54,406 nt of DNA, from the IMG/VR virus record IMGVR_UViG_3300010373_001372, positions 1 through 54,406 of that record. One strand, 5' to 3'. This DNA is from a virus (taxonomy: Duplodnaviria; Caudoviricetes). A program made the translations under genes and the position numbers. Of the stretch, positions 47,312-54,406 are shown in pieces (the first letter of the stretch is position 1; every line of letters begins with the position of its first letter). Under the pieces are notes generated by a model that was not told where the DNA came from, did not search any database, and saw only the letters and a program-made list of their open reading frames with translations.

Positions 47312-47700
47312 CGTTCGACCTCGAAACCCTCAAAGTGATTGTCGAGATTGCAGCGGCCGTCATCAGCTCGATAGTGGCCATGCTCGGTGTGGTGTGGCGC
47401 TGGTCGCGCTGGCTGGCGAGTGAATTCGAAAAGCGGGACGCCGCGAGGGTCGAGGAATTGCGGCAGCGCGATTTGGCGCTTGCGGCGGAGACAGTGCGGG
47501 CCAAGGTCGCGGAAGAAGAAGTGCGCCGCTCGATCGAGGCTCACAAACTCTTCGCCGCCGAACACTTCGCCACCGAAGAGGGCGTGGCAAAGGCGATCGA
47601 ACCAATCATCAAGGCGCTCGACAAGATGACCGACCGGCTCGATCGCGTCCTGTCGGACTATTCGGCGAGCCGACCCGTCCCGCCGCGCGCCCGCGGCTAA
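47308..47700 (+). CDS. Single-TM coiled-coil protein (possible holin/antiholin)
   Basis: One TM helix followed by a charged helix; in the lysis module. Confidence 0.6.
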   Translation: MTFDLETLKVIVEIAAAVISSIVAMLGVVWRWSRWLASEFEKRDAARVEELRQRDLALAAETVRAKVAEEEVRRSIEAHKLFAAEHFATEEGVAKAIEPIIKALDKMTDRLDRVLSDYSASRPVPPRARG

Positions 47701-47719
47701 AACCCAGAGAGTTATCATC

Positions 47720-48022
47720 ATGCTCAGGCTTGTTGCGGGCGCCCTTGCGGCGCTCTTTTTCGTTGCGCCCGCCGCTGCCCAGCAGCTGACCGACGTACCG
47801 TGCGCCAACATCGACAATTTCAAGCTCGGCATCGTCAACGCCGGCGGCGAGGTGCTGGGCATCAAACGCGTGCCCTATGCCAATGGCGTGCTGCTGTTCT
47901 GGCGGCAGGGCAGCGGCGTGGCCGCCGCGCCGGTGCTTCCATCGGCAGACGGCACCGGCGCCTGCGTCGCCTATAAGGAGATCATCCCGCTCGGCCTCTA
48001 CATGCCGGAGCGACAGCTGTGA
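47720..48022 (+). CDS. Small secreted protein
   Basis: Signal peptide ending PAAA; two Cys. Confidence 0.65.
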   Translation: MLRLVAGALAALFFVAPAAAQQLTDVPCANIDNFKLGIVNAGGEVLGIKRVPYANGVLLFWRQGSGVAAAPVLPSADGTGACVAYKEIIPLGLYMPERQL

Positions 48023-48453
48023 GGGCGGCGCTCTACACGGCCGTCTGGTCGCTGCTGATCCTTGCCCTCCTCGAGGCGTGTTTGTTCCGTCCGCTGCACG
48101 CGCTTGGTGCAACCTATCGGCAGTGCGGTGTTGCGAGTTGGTACGGCTACTCCGGCCGGCCAACCGCCAACGGCGAACGCTTCAATGGTTCGAGCATGAC
48201 GGCCGCCAGCCGAACGCTGCCCTTCGGCACCATCGTGCGCGTCACGGACACGGCAACCGGCCGCTCGGTCGTCGTCCGCATCAACGATCGCGGTCCCTAC
48301 GTTGGCGGCCGGATCATCGACCTCTCACGTGAGGCTGCGCACCGTCTAGGGATCATTCCAGGAGGTACGGCGCGCGTCTGCTTGTCCGCGCCCGGCGATC
48401 CGGGCATTGGGAGGAAATGGGATTTCGTCAAGCCTGCGGCATTTTTGCGATAG
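48019..48453 (+). CDS. RlpA-like (DPBB) lytic transglycosylase
   Basis: [36 protein letters not shown]. Confidence 0.9.
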   Translation: MRAALYTAVWSLLILALLEACLFRPLHALGATYRQCGVASWYGYSGRPTANGERFNGSSMTAASRTLPFGTIVRVTDTATGRSVVVRINDRGPYVGGRIIDLSREAAHRLGIIPGGTARVCLSAPGDPGIGRKWDFVKPAAFLR

Positions 48454-48511
48454 CGACCACTTTGCCTTCAGCGTATTCTTCTGGCTGATATTTGCTTGGG
48501 GACTAAATGCA

Positions 48512-49198
48512 ATGAAGACATTCGCCATTGTCGGCGCCGCGGCGCTCGGACTTTTGATCGCGACACCCGTGCTCGCGGCAGATCTTGCGGTTCCGGCTGC
48601 TGCTCCTGCCGCGGCCGCGCCGGCGCCAGCGGCGTCGTGGACAGGTGCCTATGTCGGTATTCAAGGTGGATATGTCTGGGGTTCGGCCCCGTCGCCGGAT
48701 CAAGGCTGGGAAGTTGACCCGACTGGCGGCCTCATCGGTGCCTTCGCTGGTTACAACTATGATCTCGGCGGGGTCGTCATCGGCGCTGAAGTAGGCGGGA
48801 ACTGGGACTTTGCTACCGGCTCGGTCGTTACCAATCCTCTCGGTGGCACAGAAACCTTCAAAGCTGATCAGAACTGGGATGCTTCTCTTGTTGGCCGTAT
48901 CGGCGTCCCCGTTGCTGATAGCTTCCTACTATACGGTTTGGCCGGCGGTAGCATTACCCAGGTCTCGGGTGCCTACGATGAAAACCCGCCGCCCAATGAT
49001 CCGACGGTGTCAACTACGGTTGGTGGCTGGACAGTTGGCGCGGGCGCAGAATACAAGCTGACCGATATGTTCTCGGTTCGTGGTGAATACCGCTATGCCT
49101 CTTATGGGAACGCTGATTTGACCTGTTCCTTCTGCGGCCACACGAGCGTAAATCTGTCGACCAACGCTGCAACGATCGGCTTGCTGGCGCACTGGTAG
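48512..49198 (+). CDS. Omp25/RopB-family outer-membrane beta-barrel
   Basis: Signal peptide then AADL, SWTGAYVG..GGY, GYN, GWTVGAGAEY, terminal Trp. Confidence 0.88.
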   Translation: MKTFAIVGAAALGLLIATPVLAADLAVPAAAPAAAAPAPAASWTGAYVGIQGGYVWGSAPSPDQGWEVDPTGGLIGAFAGYNYDLGGVVIGAEVGGNWDFATGSVVTNPLGGTETFKADQNWDASLVGRIGVPVADSFLLYGLAGGSITQVSGAYDENPPPNDPTVSTTVGGWTVGAGAEYKLTDMFSVRGEYRYASYGNADLTCSFCGHTSVNLSTNAATIGLLAHW

Positions 49199-49378
49199 CC
49201 CACAACTCGGCCACGCCGCCGAGCATGTCCGGCAAGCCACCCGGACAGCCACCAGACACATTCGCGATCCACATTCGCGCGGTCGCACTCAGGCAATGCG
49301 TTCAGGTACGCGGAGGGGTACATGCCGAGGCGAAGCCCGCGGTGTTGAGCCCAGTTTGGCCGCCGGTTGTGAAAGTCC

Positions 49379-49612
49379 TTATTGCAGTCGCAGTGCTCGT
49401 TCGAATGGCAATATGGCGACCGTGCGCCCAGTTGGGTCGGATATTTCCAGCCAGTGCTGATCTATCGGTCCGTCTAGCTGGCCTTCTTTGACGATCGCTC
49501 GCACATCCGACAGAGCCCAGTTCCAGGCGGCCTCCAGGTCGTCAAATTCCCCGCCGCGGGTGTCCTTGAACACACCGTCGTTCTGTCGGAGGTGAAAGTA
49601 ATAGTGAGGCAT
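49379..49612 (-). CDS. DUF6894-like small protein
   Basis: MPHYYFHL..D..G.EF.DLEAA..LEISD..G. Confidence 0.75.
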   Translation of the reverse strand: MPHYYFHLRQNDGVFKDTRGGEFDDLEAAWNWALSDVRAIVKEGQLDGPIDQHWLEISDPTGRTVAILPFERALRLQ

Positions 49613-49714
49613 CGGGGCAGGCTAGGCCCGTTGGCGGCAAAAGTCCCAGAATTTCGCAGTAAGTAAAGTGAGTAAGCGACGGCCTCGGCTCCGAGTTGCT
49701 GAGGCCGTCTGGCT

Positions 49715-49924
49715 TCAGGCCGCTACAGCACCTTTGTCCAGCGGAGCGATAGGACGCGGCCTACTGCCCCCCGCGGGGCTCATCGGCGGGTCGTCATCAT
49801 CATCGAAATACGATCGCTTGAACAGCCGGCGCAGGCGACGCTTCGCCGATTTCGCGGCTTGCTCCAGCTCTTCGCTGTCGTACTCGTCCGACGGATAGAA
49901 AGTTCTGCTCATCGCATCCTCCAC
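49715..49924 (-). CDS. Hypothetical protein
   Basis: GGAGG RBS; DDDDDPP motif; downstream of hsp20; start may be 3-4 codons later. Confidence 0.5.
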   Translation of the reverse strand: MEDAMSRTFYPSDEYDSEELEQAAKSAKRRLRRLFKRSYFDDDDDPPMSPAGGSRPRPIAPLDKGAVAA

Positions 49925-49980
49925 AGATCACGGGCGCCCCCCGATGGAAGTCGGGGAGCGACTAGTTGGAACTGGCACGG

Positions 49981-50439
49981 TCAAGCGGCCGCCTTGGTTT
50001 CCAGTTCGATCTGCTTCTGCGGGGCTTCCGCCGGCGTGGAGGCGATGTTGATGCGGCGGGGCTTCAACTGCTCGGGCACTTCCCGGACCAACTCGATCCG
50101 CAAGAGACCGCTGTCCAGCGAGGCATTGGCGACCTTCACATGGTCGGCGAGACTGAACGTTTGCCGGAAGTCACGGGAAGCTATGCCGCGATGCAGATAG
50201 GACCGATCTTCTGCCTGCTGCTTCTGGCCAACCACGACCAGGGAGTTACCTTCCTGTGTGAGCGTGATCTCGCTGATCGAAAAACCGGCCACCGCCATGC
50301 TGATGCGATAGCTGTCATCGCCCAGTTTCTCGATATCATAGGGTGGCCAGTCGGAGCGGACTGTGCTGTCGAGCATGTCGAAGAGGCTGTCGAAGCCAAC
50401 CGTCGAGCGATAGAGGGGTGTGAAGTCGAAGGTTCTCAT
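49981..50439 (-). CDS. ibpA: Small heat-shock protein (Hsp20, IbpA-like)
   Basis: DFTPLYRSTVGFD, PPYDIE, AVAGF, YLHRGIA.R.F, GLL.I.L.REVPE. Confidence 0.93.
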   Translation of the reverse strand: MRTFDFTPLYRSTVGFDSLFDMLDSTVRSDWPPYDIEKLGDDSYRISMAVAGFSISEITLTQEGNSLVVVGQKQQAEDRSYLHRGIASRDFRQTFSLADHVKVANASLDSGLLRIELVREVPEQLKPRRINIASTPAEAPQKQIELETKAAA

Positions 50440-50562
50440 AACCACATTCTCCTTAGAGCAACATAGGTACGAGGGACGAACCCGGAGGGTTCACCCCGGT
50501 GATCCAGCCCCAATTTGGCGGCTGGCGACAATCGATTTATTTCGCCCGTTGCGGTCTTCAAG
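50440..50562 (-). promoter_or_regulatory. RpoH-like promoter and ROSE-like RNA thermometer
   Basis: Minus strand CTTGAA (50562-50557); 5' UTR hairpins; UUGCUC-UAAG-GAGAA pairs over the SD with a bulged G. Confidence 0.6.
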
Positions 50563-50669
50563 AGGCTCCCCCAAAAAAATTTTTGGAAGGTGTAATACGC
50601 CTCTTGACGATGGCCTCTTCGCGCCAAAAATCACCGTCGCTCGTTTGTTGACATCGAACGGGAGAGCTT

Positions 50670-51056
50670 ATGATGAACGCCTTAGTGAGGGAGCCCGGCA
50701 AGGCGGGCTCTACAACGACAGAGTTGCTTTTCGACTGGCGGGCTGATCTTGAGCGCCTCGAGGCGGCTGCCGAAGCCGCGCGCCGCACGCATAATTTCGA
50801 TCCCTGGGCGCTCGCTGAGGGGGAATGCTGGCTCGATCTCATCGAGGCCGAGCTTGTTGCGCTGAGGCGCGCCCCAAGACAACCACAGTCGGAAGAATCG
50901 CGTCTGCTGCTGGAAGATTGGAGACAGCGCGCGTTTGCGGCTGTCCAAAGCCTACGGGCGGTGGCTTCGCTCGATACCCCGCAGGCGTTGAAACCAAATA
51001 ATAAGAACGGGGTTTTGACCTCCGTAGCTCCGAGCCTCGAACGGCCACCAGCCTGA
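50670..51056 (+). CDS. Hypothetical protein
   Basis: GGGAG RBS, 128 aa helical. Confidence 0.5.
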   Translation: MMNALVREPGKAGSTTTELLFDWRADLERLEAAAEAARRTHNFDPWALAEGECWLDLIEAELVALRRAPRQPQSEESRLLLEDWRQRAFAAVQSLRAVASLDTPQALKPNNKNGVLTSVAPSLERPPA

Positions 51057-51098
51057 ACAGGTGTTGCCTGGAATTATCTTCAACTTGAGGATGTAGCC

Positions 51099-51398
51099 AT
51101 GAGGAACTTCGACACCTCTGAAACCGATGACGACCTCGTGTCCGATAGCGATCTTATCGGATACAATCGGCCCCGCGAGATAGTAAATGATCCTGCTCTC
51201 ACCTTGGCGCGGAAGCGGCAACTGCTCGCACACTGGGGATCGGACATTCACGCCGTTTTTGGCGCGCCGGCGCTGAGAGCGTTTGCACGCGGACCGGCGG
51301 TGTCAATCGACGATATTCAAGCGGCCTTGTGCGAGCTGGATGAAATGGTCGATCCGGCAGCGATTGCGTCTCGAACGAGCAGCGGCGCCAGCGCCTAG
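51099..51398 (+). CDS. Small protein of a type recalled from rhizobial hsp20 neighbourhoods
   Basis: P.EIVNDP.LT...KR.LLA.W.SD..AV...PALR..V.IDDI..AL.ELD. Confidence 0.7.
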   Translation: MRNFDTSETDDDLVSDSDLIGYNRPREIVNDPALTLARKRQLLAHWGSDIHAVFGAPALRAFARGPAVSIDDIQAALCELDEMVDPAAIASRTSSGASA

Positions 51399-51944
51399 TA
51401 CTTCGCTGTTGGTCGAGAAGCGAGCCGCCCCCCTAGGCTGAGGGAGCCCTTGAGGAAGCGGCTCGCTATGAAGCCTCGAAAGGGAGTTTACCAAACGAGG
51501 TTTCATAACTCACCTTATCCCGGAAAGCTTGCGTCAGCCTTACATGTCAGTCGCCGACCGAACGGAATTCCTGACGACTAACATTCAACAAAGGACGATG
51601 GAGGAGGGTACGCTGGCGCTCAAAGAATAGCTTAGGGGGGTCGATTCTGACGAGCGAGCAAATAGAGCACGAGGTCATCGCGTATATCGAGAATCGCAGC
51701 CTCCGAGATGAGCCAAGTACCAAGTCGGGTTTGCTGCAGAGCCTCGCTGAGGCGGGAACGCCCAAGCCCCATATCCTGGCTGCTTTGGACCGATTGATCG
51801 ATTCTGGCGACGTCGCGCTGGATCTGAACGGATCGCGGCTTACCCTGCAACGACATCGTTCATGACCGGCAAGACGAAACAGCCGGTAAGAGGCCTATTC
51901 GACGAATGCGACGCCCAGCTCAGACGGCTGGGCGCGTTGATGAT

Positions 51945-52589
51945 TCAATGGTCCCCCTTGGGTTGGTCGAGCCTGACGATATGCCCGGCCGGGAGCGAGC
52001 GCTGCATGCGAATCGCCCCCTCTGGCGGCAGCGACAGCCATGCGTCGACGCCTTCCTGGCTCAGTAGCACCACGGGCATGCGATTGTGCACCTGGCTCAC
52101 CTCGGCGTTCGCCGCCGCAGTGATGATGGCGTAGCCGTCGAGTTCCTTGAAACCTTCGGCCTGAGATCGGACTGAGCCCCAGCGCGTCCACAGGCCCGCG
52201 AGATAAAACGTCGCACCGCCGCGCAGGCCAAAAGGGATCATCTGGTGGGTTTCGCCGACTGTGTCGCGCTCGCCAAATTGCGTCACCGGGATGACGCAGC
52301 GGTGCTCGACGCCCATAAACTGCCACCAATGGCCATAGGTGAGGCTGGCGATGTTGACCTGTCCACGGTCAACCCGTTGCTTTGGCCTGAGCTTGGCCAG
52401 CGGCGTCGGCATGCCCAGCCGGGCATAGGCCGTCTCCTTGGCGCCATCGGGGCCATTGCGGATGATCAGCGTATTGGTCTGGCGGTCGAACGGCCGTGGC
52501 AGGTATGACGGCGGCAAGTCGGCGCCCATCGCCTGCACGATATCGCGCATGGCCTCGGTGGTCGTGTAGTTCGCGCCCTGCTCGCACAT
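51945..52589 (-). CDS. SRAP (YedK/HMCES) abasic-site protein
   Basis: Cys at position 2, RCVIPV..F.E, AGLW, IIT..AN, HNRMPV. Confidence 0.85.
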   Translation of the reverse strand: MCEQGANYTTTEAMRDIVQAMGADLPPSYLPRPFDRQTNTLIIRNGPDGAKETAYARLGMPTPLAKLRPKQRVDRGQVNIASLTYGHWWQFMGVEHRCVIPVTQFGERDTVGETHQMIPFGLRGGATFYLAGLWTRWGSVRSQAEGFKELDGYAIITAAANAEVSQVHNRMPVVLLSQEGVDAWLSLPPEGAIRMQRSLPAGHIVRLDQPKGDH

Positions 52590-52768
52590 CAGCGCGGTTC
52601 CGGCTCATAGCCGAGCTCTGCCTGTTCCTTTCGGCGCAGTTCTTCCTCCCGCTCTGCGTCCGCAATGATCTCGTCAAGCGTTGGCGCGCCCGAGGGCGGC
52701 GGGGGCTGTTCGATGAGCGCATCGATCATCGCTTCGAATTCTGGCGGGACGCCCTGGGTCGCGGTCAT
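52589..52768 (-). CDS. Small acidic hypothetical protein
   Basis: 59 aa; ATGA and TGATG overlaps with neighbours. Confidence 0.55.
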   Translation of the reverse strand: MTATQGVPPEFEAMIDALIEQPPPPSGAPTLDEIIADAEREEELRRKEQAELGYEPEPR

Positions 52769-52956
52769 CGTGGGCGCTTTTCCAGGGCCGCCAGCTCATT
52801 GGCCTTGTCGCGGCTGCCGCCGGCATCCTGCAGGATCGCCCGCGCGTCCGCGTTTGAAATGCGGTGCTTCTGCGCGAAGTAGGCCACGTCGTATTGCTTT
52901 TGCCCTGCCATCCGGCGCCGATCGGCCGGCCCGATGGTCGATTTGCTGTATCCCAT
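52765..52956 (-). CDS. DUF3606-like protein
   Basis: DRRR.A..Q.Y.V.YFAQKH.IS; AAGGAG RBS. Confidence 0.7.
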   Translation of the reverse strand: MGYSKSTIGPADRRRMAGQKQYDVAYFAQKHRISNADARAILQDAGGSRDKANELAALEKRPR

Positions 52957-53023
52957 GGCGTGCTCCTTTCTTGCCGAGAACATAGTGGCGTCCCGCCTGT
53001 TCTACCACAATCCCTCGGGGCTT

Positions 53024-53038
53024 GTTCTTATTTTGTTC
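53024..53038. promoter_or_regulatory. Alphaproteobacterial LexA (SOS) box
   Basis: GTTC-TTATTTT-GTTC in a divergent intergenic region. Confidence 0.75.
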
Positions 53039-53078
53039 ACGGTGCTATGGGTAGCTGCCTCAACGGACGGAGGCAACT

Positions 53079-53252
53079 ATGGCGATCGGCATTCAAACCA
53101 ACATCGGCAACCGCATCAGAGCGTATGCCGGGGCCAACCCGGGCGCCTCGCCGACCGACATAGCCCGTCACCTCGGGATCCAGACCGTGCGCGTCAAGAA
53201 CGCGCTCGCGCATCCCGGCAAGCGGCGACCGAAGAAATCCGTGGCAGGGTGA
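53079..53252 (+). CDS. Small HTH protein
   Basis: 57 aa NPGASPTDIARHLGIQTVRVKNAL; GGAGG RBS. Confidence 0.7.
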   Translation: MAIGIQTNIGNRIRAYAGANPGASPTDIARHLGIQTVRVKNALAHPGKRRPKKSVAG

Positions 53253-53257
53253 TCGGC

Positions 53258-53515
53258 ATGGTCGGTCCTCATATCACGCGCAAGTTCCTGATCCTGGCAC
53301 CGCGGCCGCTGGCCGATTCGATCATCAACGAGCCGGAGATGTTCCGGACGTGGATGGCGGCCCTTTATCCGGAGTTCAGTTTCAGGGTCCATCCCTGGGC
53401 GTCGCCGACCGAGGCGTTTCCCTCGGTCGAGGATGGCTCGCCGCCCAGCCTGCCTTACCCCGGAAAGGATTTGCTGGATGGTCTCGCGGCGCGCGCCGCG
53501 GCCTTTCCGGGATGA
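53258..53515 (+). CDS. Hypothetical protein
   Basis: 85 aa filling the operon gap. Confidence 0.5.
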   Translation: MVGPHITRKFLILAPRPLADSIINEPEMFRTWMAALYPEFSFRVHPWASPTEAFPSVEDGSPPSLPYPGKDLLDGLAARAAAFPG

Positions 53516-53518
53516 CGC

Positions 53519-53992
53519 ATGGCCAGGTGGCTTACCACGCTCGGCGATGCCCGCGACATCGGCCAGGAGCTCGTCGCCGTCTGCCATAATGTCGCGTGTC
53601 GGGCGCAGCGGTTCGTCGACCTGGAGAAGGTTATCCACCATGTCGGTGCGGCCCACTTTCTGCTGCCGGTGCGCGGCGTCGTGCATTTCAGCGAGCGGAT
53701 GCGCTGTCCGGCGTGCGGCGGCAGGGGCGCGTTCATCTGGATCAATGAGCCCAAGACGCCGTCGCCCTGGTTCGGCAACGCCGAGCAAAGCCAGGTGAAC
53801 CTCTGGGGCCAGTTCAACGACAACACTCTTGAAACGGTCGTCGCTAGAACCTCGCGGCTCGAGATCGGCTATGCCGCCTATGAAGGGGCTGTCGCGACCT
53901 ATCCGCGCCGCCACATCACCCTGCAGGAAGGATCGCACGTCATCCTCGACAGCCGGCTGAAGGTCATCAAGGGCGGCCGGCAGGTAAGGTGA
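53519..53992 (+). CDS. Zinc-ribbon protein with small C-terminal domain
   Basis: C....C and RCPACG; C-terminal AAYE.AV..YP.R.ITL. Confidence 0.7.
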   Translation: MARWLTTLGDARDIGQELVAVCHNVACRAQRFVDLEKVIHHVGAAHFLLPVRGVVHFSERMRCPACGGRGAFIWINEPKTPSPWFGNAEQSQVNLWGQFNDNTLETVVARTSRLEIGYAAYEGAVATYPRRHITLQEGSHVILDSRLKVIKGGRQVR

Positions 53993-54406
53993 TCAGCACC
54001 ACGGGTGCTTGTGGCCGTCCCATTCGTGCGCCAGCCCTTCGGCGACAAGCTCCTGGCCGACCGACTTGCCATCGATTTCGAGTGTGCGCAGCTCGCGGCC
54101 ATAGACATCATGCTCGCGGCTGCCGAGCTGCACGACAGTGAACCGCGCGCCATTGAGCAACGTCTGCAGCCGCAACGTCGCCTTGTCGCCAAGCGCCTTC
54201 TCGGCCGGGCAGGAGTAGTTCTCCACCTCGGGCGCATCGATATCCTCAAGCCGGATTTTCTTGCCGCTCAGCCAGAACGTATCGCCGTCGACAATACAGT
54301 TGGTTCGCCAGCCACGGCCGCAGATCGGCAGGTCGCCGGCCGTCGCCTGCCCAGCCAGCATGAGCGTCAGCAACGCAGCGATAACTGTGCGGTTTCTGTG
54401 CGGCAT
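53993..54406 (-). CDS. Thermonuclease (SNase-like), secreted
   Basis: Signal-like N-terminus; VDGDT, IRL..IDAPE, D.YGR.L. Confidence 0.88.
   Translation of the reverse strand: MPHRNRTVIAALLTLMLAGQATAGDLPICGRGWRTNCIVDGDTFWLSGKKIRLEDIDAPEVENYSCPAEKALGDKATLRLQTLLNGARFTVVQLGSREHDVYGRELRTLEIDGKSVGQELVAEGLAHEWDGHKHPWC
54385..54402 (+). repeat. CTGTGCGGTTTCTGTGCG, right copy (putative arm-type sites)
   Basis: Exact match to 1244-1261. Confidence 0.65.

Larger units (their letters stand above)
1124..54406. mobile_element. Lambda-like siphovirus prophage; right att probably just beyond the window
   Basis: att remnant plus integrase, immunity, replication, terminase, portal, capsid, tail and lysis modules in canonical order. 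Confidence 0.95.

Overview
Almost the whole window (about 1124 to the right edge) is one lambda-like siphovirus prophage in a high-GC host, probably an alphaproteobacterium (inferred from a GTTC-N7-GTTC LexA box, an Omp25-like protein and a ROSE-like element). It is integrated at a tRNA-Thr(CGT), next to a host aldo/keto reductase. Order: att remnant; a two-gene cargo operon (Panacea/SocA-like protein plus proteasome-beta-like Ntn protease); integrase/excisionase; leftward early genes including a phage beta-clamp and an HD hydrolase; a CI/Cro switch with visible operators; three DNA methyltransferases; primase/helicase and a putative origin; cos and terminase; head genes with two antisense morons; tail genes with a -1 frameshift; an antisense Wzt_C plus sulfotransferase cassette; lysis; and right-end cargo (RlpA, Omp25-like barrel, Hsp20, SRAP, LexA-boxed operon, nuclease). 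Best candidates for new biology: (1) the Panacea-like/threonine-protease pair; (2) a ParB-MT-A70 fusion with three dispersed 22-bp palindromes, one inside its own gene; (3) a C5 methyltransferase split over two fully overlapping frames with four TRD-like repeats; (4) the Wzt_C/sulfotransferase cassette. All family calls come from reading motifs by eye; no searches were run.
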